Below are positions 14,474-23,285 of a stretch of 23,285 nt of DNA, piece by piece (the first letter of the stretch is position 1; the number at the start of each line of letters is the position of its first letter). Position numbers and translations under genes: made by a program. The notes under the pieces were generated by a model that did no database searches, was not told where the DNA came from, and saw only the letters and a program-made list of their open reading frames with translations. The DNA comes from an uncultured virus (IMG/VR IMGVR_UViG_3300025927_000001) (taxonomy: Duplodnaviria; Heunggongvirae; Uroviricota; Caudoviricetes), in IMG/VR virus record IMGVR_UViG_3300025927_000001; one strand, given 5' to 3'.

Positions 14474-14986
14474 TTAGGCGGGTACGGTCACGTTTTGGTT
14501 CGGTGCCGCGGTGATCGCGAATTTGATTGTCACTCGCGCTGGTCCGTTTGTCCCTGTACCACCGATAGTGTTACCTGAGCTGCGTAGGACGTTGACGGCG
14601 GCGACGGTGACCGGGTACACCTCGGCGCGGTTCGCGGCGACATCACCACCATCAAGGAACATGATGTAACCCGTCGTGCCGGGCGGTAGTGACGCGCGAA
14701 CATCAACACCGGTTTTCGACGTGTAAAACGTCAACGTCGAATCCGGGGTCGAGAGAACACCCGGGGCTTTCGTGCGAAACGGGGTGTTGATGTTTTGTGT
14801 GTCGAAGAACTCGGCGTCAACGACCCACCCGGATAGGTCATTGAGTTCGGGAGTGAGGTTGATGCCGTTATTCATTTCCGTTCGTGTGGGCACGAGCGTC
14901 GACGCGGCGATGACGGGGAGGTAATACACGCGGGTGATAGCAACGTCGAAGTACCGGGTGCTTGCCGTGATCGCGGGAGTTGGCAT
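14474..14986 (-). CDS. Major tail (tail tube)-like protein
   Basis: SD GGGAGG; STRYF...YYLPVIA...PTRTE...G.NLT...SGW...DSTLTFY...GYI...GGDV...VYPVTV...FAIT..P..NVTVPA resembles Streptomyces-prophage tube proteins. Confidence 0.8.
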   Translation of the reverse strand: MPTPAITASTRYFDVAITRVYYLPVIAASTLVPTRTEMNNGINLTPELNDLSGWVVDAEFFDTQNINTPFRTKAPGVLSTPDSTLTFYTSKTGVDVRASLPPGTTGYIMFLDGGDVAANRAEVYPVTVAAVNVLRSSGNTIGGTGTNGPARVTIKFAITAAPNQNVTVPA

Positions 14987-15041
14987 TTACCGCCTCCCAG
15001 TGTTTTTTCCAGCGTGGTTAACGGTGTTCGTTCACTGGGTT

Positions 15042-15266
15042 TCATCCCGCGGTGTCGGCGAGGGATCCGATCGAGTCAGCAGCCGTGACACTAACGGTGG
15101 TCACATCTGGGGCCATTGATGGCCGCAGCAGCGGTGGGGGTCCCGGTGGGTAGAACCGGCCGGGCCACCCGTGGATGTCGCATTGCCGAACGTCGGGACC
15201 ACCATGGGCGCGGCACATCGGATCGAAGTCCGGGGTGCACGTGCAACAAACACAAGGGTTCATCAA
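15042..15266 (-). CDS. Small Cys/His-rich hypothetical protein
   Basis: Start overlaps the upstream stop; CVCCTC...CRAH...CDIH; Pro-rich tail. Confidence 0.55.
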   Translation of the reverse strand: MMNPCVCCTCTPDFDPMCRAHGGPDVRQCDIHGWPGRFYPPGPPPLLRPSMAPDVTTVSVTAADSIGSLADTAG

Positions 15267-15775
15267 ACCACCCGAGCCAACGCCATAGAGGTCCCGATCT
15301 TTAAGGTCGTCGTGCCGCTCGCCGCGAGCTGAGCGAAGCCCAGAACGATGTTCCCTGAGGCTGTGATCACGGAAATGAAACCAGCGATCCGGGCCATCAT
15401 CATGGTGCCCGTGGCGACACCACCGAAGGACATCGTGGCAGTGGCAACCTGATCTGTTACTGATTGGACGATCGCACCTGATGTGGTTGATGTGCCGCTA
15501 GCAATTCCCCAGGGGGCGGCTCGGATTGTGGTCCCGGCGGGAGCAGTGAACCGGATGACGACGTCCCCCGCGGACGGGGCGTCGTAAATGATTTGGGAGT
15601 CGAATATATAACCAGCGTTAGCGGACAGCGCGAACGTGAGGTCCGGGCAGTCAGTGAAGGTGGTCACCGTGCTGGACACATCCGCGAGCAGCATTTTCGT
15701 ATTACGGGTGTTGTCGAAAGCCGTGGTCAGTAGCGCCGCGGTGGTGTCTTGCCCAGCGAGGAACGGTGTGAGCAT
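15263..15775 (-). CDS. Minor tail protein (170 aa)
   Basis: SD GAAAGGGA; FLAGQ..TAALL N-terminus; DLTFAL.AN..Y...FTAPAG...FAQ pattern typical downstream of the large minor tail gene. Confidence 0.8.
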   Translation of the reverse strand: MLTPFLAGQDTTAALLTTAFDNTRNTKMLLADVSSTVTTFTDCPDLTFALSANAGYIFDSQIIYDAPSAGDVVIRFTAPAGTTIRAAPWGIASGTSTTSGAIVQSVTDQVATATMSFGGVATGTMMMARIAGFISVITASGNIVLGFAQLAASGTTTLKIGTSMALARVV

Positions 15776-15786
15776 GGTTCCCTTTC

Positions 15787-18543
15787 CTACAAGCCCATTT
15801 TGGCTGGGCGGGCGAGCGATACCACAGCTCCCGCTGATTGCGCCTTAACGATGCCGTTAACGCTGCGGACGACAGTGAACGTTTGCGGTGACGTGGCGCC
15901 CGTGACTGCGGTGACGTTCATGACTTCGCCGGCTACCCGGATGGGGATGGGCATGTCACCGGCGGCTCTAGTCCAGGTTTGTCCCACTGATGTCACCGAC
16001 AGGCTGGTGGCGGAGCTGGTCACACCTGACGTGAGAGTGGAAGTGTCGCTATCAATTTTGCGTTTCCCGACTGTGTCCAGTTGCAGCAACGCGTAAGGCG
16101 ATTCGGGGGCGCAATTGAAGGAGATGGTGTGTTCGAAAGCGCGGATCGTTTCGGAATAGCCCCGGACTATTTGGGAGATTGTGTCCGGGGTTTGACCTGT
16201 TTTCGGGTTAGTGATGGTGATCCGGTCGTCGACATCGACGGTAAGGGCGGCGGCTTCCAAGCCAGCGGCGACCACTTGTGGGCTCGCGAGGTTCACTTTG
16301 ATCGTGGGGTACCGGGGTTCGTCGGGGGTGCCCATGGTCATGCGCCAAAACGCGAGGTCGGGGAGCTGGTCGTCGAACGCGACGACGAATGTTTCCTGGG
16401 TGCTGTACCGGCCTGCGCCACCAGCTGACGGGTCGGTGACCGACATGCGCCCCGTGAGGAGCTGGGCTTCAGCGGATGACCCGTCCCGGCGGATAGCGGT
16501 CACATCGTTGCGAGTTAGCTGGTCATCATCAACGGGTTCTAGTGGTGGCGCGACCTGGCCCGCGGTGTAATCCAACGATAGGGTCGGGTCCTGGGAATAC
16601 AACGAAGTGCGAGTGCGGAAGGCTAAGCCGAAATCACCTCGGGGTTCGTACAAGGTCCCAAGGTCAGCGTCAGCGGCTTCATCGAGCAGCGTCAGCAGGG
16701 ATTCGGGTCGTTGTGCGCCAGCGGCAGCGGTAGTGGTCCTGTCCCCATCACCGCTAACAGTGATTCCCTGTTGGGCACACAAGCGCACAATTCGCGCACC
16801 GGTGGTTTCCCCGGAAACGAGTGGATCACCGGTGCGCGCGTTCAAAGCGGGCGCGGTGTCATATATTTGGGTCACCGCTTTCCGGATCGCGATGTGCCCC
16901 ATGGTGACGCCTTTGCATATCTGCAAAGGGTCAGCGACAAAAGTAACGACTTGACCAACAGTGCGGCCAGTGAGAGTACCTGAAGCGAACTTACCGGAAG
17001 TCTGCCCGACATCGAGACTCTCTATCGCCCAGTCGACGTTCGCGCCGTTTTGAGTAAGGTCCAAACCGAGCAACGTGTGAGTGTCGATCAAACCGAAAGC
17101 GAACGGCCCCGCACTCATAATACCAAAACCTGAGGAGTCACCGGCGTTAATGAGGATGGAACCGGGGGGGGTAAGAGTGCTAGTGCCGATGATCCAGATC
17201 GCGGCGGTCCCGGTGGTGACCAACCAAAACAGTGGAGTCCCATCAGTCAGCGGTGTTGACGGGGTGTGAATGTAAAACCGCAACGCGGTTTGCCCAGTGA
17301 CGGTGTAGTTGGCTACCCCGCCGCGCCACGAACCCACATCCATCACCGGTAGCGGTGCTGAGCCGGCCAGCGATGTATCGGACGCGAAAGTGGTTTTCCC
17401 GGATAGCGACATATCCGGGGCGCCAGGGAGTCCAGACGCGATCGTGGTAGTGGTGGTGCCGTCCTCGCACGGCCAGTAAGCGACCACATCACTGGCCAGC
17501 TCATTGGTGTAGGCGCGGCGCAGTGTTGACAGCAGCGGTCCGGTGCCCTGCCCGAGACGGCGACGCAACCCCGACGCCTCAACCTGAACGTAAACGTCGG
17601 TGCCGGTGATGTCCCAGCGTTGCGGCCAGTTGGACACTTCACCGAAAAAACGGGGGACCCGGATGGTGAGGTCGTCGTAGGAGAACACAATCGGTTTGGT
17701 GTTCGTGTTGCCGGTGGCGACCCCGGAGCGGATCCCAACCCATCCGGTGAGCGGGTCGGTGCTCAGGCGCCCGGTGACGAGCCATCCGAACGGTTCGGGG
17801 CTCGCGACGGCCCAGATCTTCGCCCGCAGGGTTTGGCCCTCGGAATGGAACCGGACCCGCAGTGCTTGTGCACTGGAATGGGTGAGCCCGGTGGCCACCG
17901 CGGCGGCGACAACAGTCCCGTCGTAGTGGACGATCCCCAGGGTGATCGCGCCGCTGGTGGCGACGCTGACCCGCGCCATGTAATAGTCAGTGGTGCTCTG
18001 ACCCCGCAAGACCACGTTCGCTGGCTCGACCGGCCCACCAGTGACCGAGGTGAACGGCAAGCTCACCGTGACTCCGACATCAATGTTGCGGTACGACGCG
18101 GCCGGTAGGTACGCGATCCGGTGGGCTGCCGCGACGGGCACCGATTGGGTGCCGAACCCACCGGACACCGCGAAATCACTCGCGGCGACGGTCCCGCCGA
18201 GACCGCTGGTGGTGTAGACGTGCCCGGTGTCGGCGGTGCCCCACCCGTTGGCGACGGTGCGAGCGAAAGTGTCGGAACCGGTTTGGACGGCCACCCGCAG
18301 TGGGGTGTTCCTACCCAAGGAACCGAAATAGGCGCCAACAGGGTTACGGGGACTGTAATTCCCGCTTCTATTGTTCAGGGTCAGTAAACACCGGGACGGT
18401 TCCGGGCTGCTTTGTTCGTCACGCCGGCCCCGGCTGATGGTGATGCCATCCCGGTTGTAAACATCCGGGGTGACATCAACCCACCCGCCGTTGACGAACA
18501 AATCGACTTTCGAGACTCGGGGGACCGCGGGAAACACCGCCAT
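15787..18543 (-). CDS. Large minor tail protein (hub/baseplate-type, 918 aa) with inserted lectin-like domains
   Basis: Directly follows the tape measure; WVDVT.DV...ISRGR.DE...LTLNNRSGNYSPRNP, VAYWPCEDG, RNDVT, EPRYP, TVVRSVNG. Confidence 0.9.
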   Translation of the reverse strand: MAVFPAVPRVSKVDLFVNGGWVDVTPDVYNRDGITISRGRRDEQSSPEPSRCLLTLNNRSGNYSPRNPVGAYFGSLGRNTPLRVAVQTGSDTFARTVANGWGTADTGHVYTTSGLGGTVAASDFAVSGGFGTQSVPVAAAHRIAYLPAASYRNIDVGVTVSLPFTSVTGGPVEPANVVLRGQSTTDYYMARVSVATSGAITLGIVHYDGTVVAAAVATGLTHSSAQALRVRFHSEGQTLRAKIWAVASPEPFGWLVTGRLSTDPLTGWVGIRSGVATGNTNTKPIVFSYDDLTIRVPRFFGEVSNWPQRWDITGTDVYVQVEASGLRRRLGQGTGPLLSTLRRAYTNELASDVVAYWPCEDGTTTTTIASGLPGAPDMSLSGKTTFASDTSLAGSAPLPVMDVGSWRGGVANYTVTGQTALRFYIHTPSTPLTDGTPLFWLVTTGTAAIWIIGTSTLTPPGSILINAGDSSGFGIMSAGPFAFGLIDTHTLLGLDLTQNGANVDWAIESLDVGQTSGKFASGTLTGRTVGQVVTFVADPLQICKGVTMGHIAIRKAVTQIYDTAPALNARTGDPLVSGETTGARIVRLCAQQGITVSGDGDRTTTAAAGAQRPESLLTLLDEAADADLGTLYEPRGDFGLAFRTRTSLYSQDPTLSLDYTAGQVAPPLEPVDDDQLTRNDVTAIRRDGSSAEAQLLTGRMSVTDPSAGGAGRYSTQETFVVAFDDQLPDLAFWRMTMGTPDEPRYPTIKVNLASPQVVAAGLEAAALTVDVDDRITITNPKTGQTPDTISQIVRGYSETIRAFEHTISFNCAPESPYALLQLDTVGKRKIDSDTSTLTSGVTSSATSLSVTSVGQTWTRAAGDMPIPIRVAGEVMNVTAVTGATSPQTFTVVRSVNGIVKAQSAGAVVSLARPAKMGL

Positions 18544-21500
18544 TTACGCCCCCAATGCTTTCTGCACATCACCGCCTTGCGCCCGGACGGCCCGGCGGAG
18601 GATTTCGCAGAGGAACGCGTCTAGGGACGCGCTGCCGCTGCCGATGGTGAAATGGATAGGTGGTGGTTTTCCACCACCAGGTGCTGGTGTTGGTGTCCCA
18701 GCGTTGAGTTTCATGTCATTGGCGAAGTCAGCTGCTCCGTAAGGCGCAGTTTGGGCTCGGGTCCGACCGGCTTGGGTGATACTCGCTGTGGACCCAGGTC
18801 CCGCTGACACGTTGCTGGTGACCATCCCCGCGACGGATGACGTACCGGGAAAAAGATTCGCTGAAGGCGGCCCATTGGGTGTACCGCCGCCACGGCCATG
18901 GCCGTGTCCGAACCAGCGCCAGATATCGTCGTCGTCGTCCCAGGACCGCCCTCCACCACGCCCAGCCACTCCGCCACGCCCAGCACCGCCACTAGTACCG
19001 GTGGTGCCACCAGACAAAGTCGACCGTAAATTGATGGAGCCGGGAGGCATTGAACTCACCGGGCCATAAATCGTTTCGTAACCTGATGGCATCTGTGAGT
19101 TCGGTTCATCCCAGTACATCCAATCCCCGGACCCCGAGACTCCGCCAGAGGCCATCGGAACAACACGTTTACCCATCCGACGGGCAGTTTCACTGAGGAT
19201 CGCGGTAGACACACCTGAGTTGTTAATCGGAATGAACGCTTCGTCCCCGATTGGCCGGTCCCCGATGAGGCGCATCGAGTTCGGGGGCACAATCGCCGCC
19301 GACGCCGCTGACATTGACGTGAAACCACTCGCCATGGGCACGATCCCGCCGCTGGCCATTCCCGACACGATCATCCCGCCAGCACCGGCTTGAACGGTTT
19401 GAACCGTCACGGTCACAGTTTTGTTTTGCAACGCGTTCAATTGTTGCTGGACTTGCTGGATGGCTTGGAGGGCTTGACTGTTGTTCGCGGTGATCTGTAT
19501 CGGCTGGGTTTGTTTGACCGCGTTGACTTGCGTGGTCGCGTCAGTCGATCTTTTGGTGACGTCGGTAATGTCGGCGGTGAGCTTGATCGCCGGTGGTGCC
19601 ACTGCGGCAGCGGTGATCTGGGTCGTCGCATCGGTTGTTTTCGTGGTGACGTCGGTGATGTCGGCGGTGAACTTCGTCGGAGCTGGTTGCTGGACTCCGG
19701 TGATCTGAGCCTGTGCCGTTGATGTCTTCGCGGTGATATCGGTGATGTCGGCGGTGAACTTAAACGGGATGGGTTGCTGGACCCCAGCAATAGCTGCTGA
19801 AGCCTCACCAGCGCCAGCTACAAGTTGGCTGGGATCACCGACGAACTGCGTGATCGGTGGCGTTGGTACCGACCCGATCGCCGTGCTGGCTTGGCCCACG
19901 CCAGCTACAAGATTACTAGGATCTGCAGTGAAAATCACCGGAGCGGGTTTGTGCACTCCGTCGATCGCGGAATTGACCGCTCCCATTCCAGTCTGCACAC
20001 CGGACGGGTCCACGGTGGGTTTGAGTTGCAGTAACGGGTTGGATTTCACATAGTTCTGAGTCAGGGTATTGAGCGAACCGTTCTGTCCGTCAAGTTTCCC
20101 CGTCGCAGCCTGAATCTGCACGCCTAGGTCGGCGTGTAGCTGGGCTAGCTGTTGGTTGCTCTGACCGTTCTTCTGCGCTTCTGTTTCCCACGATTGTGCC
20201 TTGTTGACGAGGTCGATGATGTTGGTGACGTTCTTTTGGCCAGCGGCGGTGTTGGTGTCAGTCGCGGTCCCGTTGTCTTTGATCGCCTGGGTTACCGTGT
20301 CCAGCTGAGATTTGAAGCCGACTTCCGCGCTGAGCGCACTGCCCATTTGCGTCGTTTGGTCCCGCATAGACTTAGTAGTCGCGTCCTGGGCCGTCTTGAG
20401 TAGGCCCTGCTGCGTTGTTAAGTTCTTCGCCGCATCGTCCATTTGCTTGAACGCGGCGACAGCCTGCGGGCTATCGGTACCAAATTTTTGCACCGAAGTG
20501 AGATAGTTATTCTGCGCCGCTGTCAAGTCGCTCTGCGCCCGCGTAAGCGGGTCCATCGCGGCTTTCATTTTATCGACTTCAGCGGTGACCTCCGCGAGCT
20601 TTGGTTTGGCGATGCCTAGAGCGGCGCTCAGGGCCCCGATCCAGTTACCGAACGAGTGTGCTGACGCATCCGCGTCCGCTGCCTTTAGCTTGTTGATCGC
20701 ATCGGTGGCTTCCTGACCACCCTTCATGATCGCAGCGGCAGCGGTGTCGACAGCGGACTTGTGGTTCTGCCACTCGATTGTTAACGCAACGAGCGCGGCG
20801 CCAAGGATTGGTAGCGACCCTCCGAGCCCGGCCACAACAGTGCCGACCTTACCCATGGTGGATTCCATGGCCGCACCGGCTGCCGCTGATCCAGTGAACT
20901 TCGTGGTCATCGCTTCGGTGGCGGTAGCTATTTCGTTCATTTTCAGGGCGAGGCCGCCGCCCTCAAGGAACGTCCACGCTGTACCGAGCGCTGTTACTGC
21001 TGTCGTAGCACCAGTGATGGCGCTGGTTAAGGAACCGGTAATGGTGGTGACTATTCCGCTGATGCCCTGGACGACTTTTGCGAGCAACCAAGCATCAACG
21101 AACGCCTGCACAATCGTAGTGAGGGCGGGAACGTTTTCGATCAGCCACCGGATTCCGTCCGTGACGGTTTTCAATGCCTGCAAGAACGTCGGGCCGAAGC
21201 CTGGTGCAGCAGTGATGTCCGCGATAATCGCGACAACGTTTTTCAGGGAGTCCCACAGCTCTTTAACGGCCGTTATACCCGTTTGGATCCACTGTGATAG
21301 CTGCCCGGTCTCCTTAGCCTTAGAGACGAATTCGGCGGCTTTCGCCGCCGCGTCGGCAAAATGCTGCGCGAGTTGGGGAAGGAATTGCGATCCAACCTGC
21401 GTGATATCGGTGATGATTTGCAGTATCGGTTTAACGGCACCAGCGAGGTTGGACGCGGCTTGTCCAATGTTAGCGAAAATGCTTTGCCACGCGGAGACTG

Positions 21501-22791
21501 ACGTCTGCTGCTGAATGAAAGAGCCAACATCTTTTACTGCCGTATTGATCGCGTCCGCCATCTGCGTCAAACCGGACTGCACGACCGGCAACGCAGTATT
21601 CGCAATGTCCAACAGAACCTGCTTCAAGCCCTCAAAAAGGTGCTGTTGGACTTCCATCCGCAAAGCGGTGAACGCCGGTTCCAGCTGCAACATCGCCGAC
21701 ACCACGCCTTGTGCGGCAGGTGCGAGGTTATTCATCGCAGCGGCTTGTTCGTCAGCCGCTTTCGCGGCTGCTTTGTGAGCTGCTGCCGCTGCCGACGCCG
21801 ACGAGGACGCTTGCTTCTGCGCGGCGCTATTAGCGGTAGCAGCGGCTGTATTACCGGACGCCGCAGCGGTCGCGGTTTTTAGATCAGCGGTATAGCCAGC
21901 CTGGGCGGCCTTCGCCGCGGCGAGCTGGGTGGTTACGTCCATTCCAGCGGCTTTTTCCGCTTGCAACCGCGCAACGAGCGCAGCGCCTTCCGCTACCCGC
22001 TGCTTCAGGACCGCGATGTTTCCGGTGCCCGCCGCGGTCGACGCGGTAGTCGCAGCGGCTGCGTCTTTCTGGGCCGCTGCATCAGCCTTGACTGCGGCCT
22101 CGTTCGCTTTCTCCGACTTCTCGGCCGCTTTGAATGCCGCGTCCATGCCTTGGGTGCCGACCACGACAGCCGCGAGACCAGTCCCAGCGGCGGCGGCGAT
22201 AGCGGGAATCAGGCCGAGTGCACCGGACAGTTGCCCGATCGACTGGATCAAAGGGATGATCGCGGCACTGATCCCAGCAGCCCATGTACCACCCAAGTTC
22301 AGGTTCTCGAACTTGGTTTTGAGGTTGTCCGCTTCGGTCCCGAGTTTACGAACATTCGACACAGCAGTATCAGTGTCGACTTTCACCTCAGGGTGAACTG
22401 TTTTCGCACCGAGCTTGTCTAGTTCCGCGTTGATCTCGGCGACCTTCGCGGCGATCTCACCTTGCAACTCGGCTGATGGTGTTTCCTTTTTCCGGCCCAA
22501 CTCGTCGAGTTTCGCGCTCAACGCGTCGATTTCGGTGCGGGTCTCAGTGAGCCCGGTCGCGCCGATCGTTGGGTTGATTCGGTCAGCTGACAGCGCGTCG
22601 AGCTTCGCTTTCAGCGCATCAACCTCAGTACGGAGCTGGGTGGCGTTACCCAGGTTGATGGTGGGTGTCGCGGTGATCCCACCGAGTTCCCGCAGTTTCG
22701 TGCCGATACCGTCGAGGTCACCAGCGAGGGTCCGTAAACCAGCGGAAGCCTGCTCGAAAGCCGCGATGATTGTGAAAGTGAGATCAGCCAC
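18544..22791 (-). CDS. Tape measure protein (1415 aa)
   Basis: Long Ala-rich helical protein with hydrophobic segments and C-terminal MASGG...IGDR..GDEAFIPI motif; canonical position. Confidence 0.93.
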   Translation of the reverse strand: MADLTFTIIAAFEQASAGLRTLAGDLDGIGTKLRELGGITATPTINLGNATQLRTEVDALKAKLDALSADRINPTIGATGLTETRTEIDALSAKLDELGRKKETPSAELQGEIAAKVAEINAELDKLGAKTVHPEVKVDTDTAVSNVRKLGTEADNLKTKFENLNLGGTWAAGISAAIIPLIQSIGQLSGALGLIPAIAAAAGTGLAAVVVGTQGMDAAFKAAEKSEKANEAAVKADAAAQKDAAAATTASTAAGTGNIAVLKQRVAEGAALVARLQAEKAAGMDVTTQLAAAKAAQAGYTADLKTATAAASGNTAAATANSAAQKQASSSASAAAAAHKAAAKAADEQAAAMNNLAPAAQGVVSAMLQLEPAFTALRMEVQQHLFEGLKQVLLDIANTALPVVQSGLTQMADAINTAVKDVGSFIQQQTSVSAWQSIFANIGQAASNLAGAVKPILQIITDITQVGSQFLPQLAQHFADAAAKAAEFVSKAKETGQLSQWIQTGITAVKELWDSLKNVVAIIADITAAPGFGPTFLQALKTVTDGIRWLIENVPALTTIVQAFVDAWLLAKVVQGISGIVTTITGSLTSAITGATTAVTALGTAWTFLEGGGLALKMNEIATATEAMTTKFTGSAAAGAAMESTMGKVGTVVAGLGGSLPILGAALVALTIEWQNHKSAVDTAAAAIMKGGQEATDAINKLKAADADASAHSFGNWIGALSAALGIAKPKLAEVTAEVDKMKAAMDPLTRAQSDLTAAQNNYLTSVQKFGTDSPQAVAAFKQMDDAAKNLTTQQGLLKTAQDATTKSMRDQTTQMGSALSAEVGFKSQLDTVTQAIKDNGTATDTNTAAGQKNVTNIIDLVNKAQSWETEAQKNGQSNQQLAQLHADLGVQIQAATGKLDGQNGSLNTLTQNYVKSNPLLQLKPTVDPSGVQTGMGAVNSAIDGVHKPAPVIFTADPSNLVAGVGQASTAIGSVPTPPITQFVGDPSQLVAGAGEASAAIAGVQQPIPFKFTADITDITAKTSTAQAQITGVQQPAPTKFTADITDVTTKTTDATTQITAAAVAPPAIKLTADITDVTKRSTDATTQVNAVKQTQPIQITANNSQALQAIQQVQQQLNALQNKTVTVTVQTVQAGAGGMIVSGMASGGIVPMASGFTSMSAASAAIVPPNSMRLIGDRPIGDEAFIPINNSGVSTAILSETARRMGKRVVPMASGGVSGSGDWMYWDEPNSQMPSGYETIYGPVSSMPPGSINLRSTLSGGTTGTSGGAGRGGVAGRGGGRSWDDDDDIWRWFGHGHGRGGGTPNGPPSANLFPGTSSVAGMVTSNVSAGPGSTASITQAGRTRAQTAPYGAADFANDMKLNAGTPTPAPGGGKPPPIHFTIGSGSASLDAFLCEILRRAVRAQGGDVQKALGA

Positions 22792-22833
22792 GGGTATCGC
22801 ACCGCGCTTCCCGGGGTGATCCCCTATTCAGGT

Positions 22834-23223
22834 TTAGGTGGATTCGACCAGCGCCAACTCCGCAGGTGCGTCGGGTTCGGTCGCCAAATCGTCGGGTTGC
22901 GCTGGTGCTGGATCTGCGACGACCGGTGGCGCGTCAACGACGTCGGGTTCATCGGTCAAAGCAAACCCACGCATGACGTCGGTCAGTGACATATCGTCCA
23001 GCTCGGACCATTCCACTACCTCACCAGCGCGGGACAAGACGAGGTAGAGCACACTCGCGAGGACATCCGGGTCACCGAAATCCTGGAGCTTCTCCAACCA
23101 CACCGTGATAGACATACCCGTTTCGCGTTTAATGGTCCGTGACTCGCCGATACTTAACGAAAACAGGTCCACCAACTCACACCGGTATGGTTTTCCATTC
23201 ACGGTCAGCGTTAGCACCTTCAA
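22834..23223 (-). CDS. Probable tail assembly chaperone
   Basis: Small acidic protein immediately upstream of the tape measure; SD GAGGGA before TTG. Confidence 0.7.
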   Translation of the reverse strand: MKVLTLTVNGKPYRCELVDLFSLSIGESRTIKRETGMSITVWLEKLQDFGDPDVLASVLYLVLSRAGEVVEWSELDDMSLTDVMRGFALTDEPDVVDAPPVVADPAPAQPDDLATEPDAPAELALVEST

Positions 23224-23228
23224 CGGTT

Positions 23229-23285
23229 CTATCCCTCAATTCTTCGTGCGGTCGCAGCCACGGCTTCAGTAACACTGGCTTCGAC
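23229..23285 (-). CDS. 3' end of the upstream structural gene (...VEASVTEAVAATARRIEG*)
   Basis: Open frame from the window edge to TAG 23231-23229, containing the SD of the next gene. Confidence 0.55.
   Translation of the reverse strand, partial: VEASVTEAVAATARRIEG

Larger units (their letters stand above)
1..23285. mobile_element. Actinobacterial siphovirus-type phage/prophage segment (tail, lysis and accessory genes)
   Basis: Co-oriented tape measure, minor tail, tail-tube-like, endolysin and holin-like genes; high GC; no host housekeeping genes; no integrase or att pair inside the window. Confidence 0.95.

Noticed and set aside
20726..22819. Plus-strand ORFs opposite the tape measure
   Set aside because: Antisense shadows of Ala-rich coding sequence

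Overview
High-GC actinobacterial siphophage or prophage segment. From 2833 to the end, a minus-strand late operon runs: end of an upstream structural gene, probable tail assembly chaperone, 1415-aa tape measure, 918-aa minor tail protein, an oddly placed tail-tube-like gene, a cassette of small tail-appendage genes containing a decayed HNH gene, a 1380-aa Ala/Thr/Asp/Arg repeat protein, the lysis module (amidase endolysin, holin-like proteins), a SLOG/DUF2493 gene and a strong terminator. The left 2.2 kb is a plus-strand accessory block: HTH protein, ATP-dependent DNA ligase adenylation domain, and hypotheticals. The most unusual part is the junction, 2257-2801. An initiator-like tRNA-Met(CAU) and a second copy of its 3' end, with compensatory T-stem changes, bracket an antisense HNH endonuclease gene whose stop codon lies in the tRNA anticodon loop. 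This is a candidate minimal tRNA-targeting homing element. All product calls come from motif recognition by eye; no database search was run.
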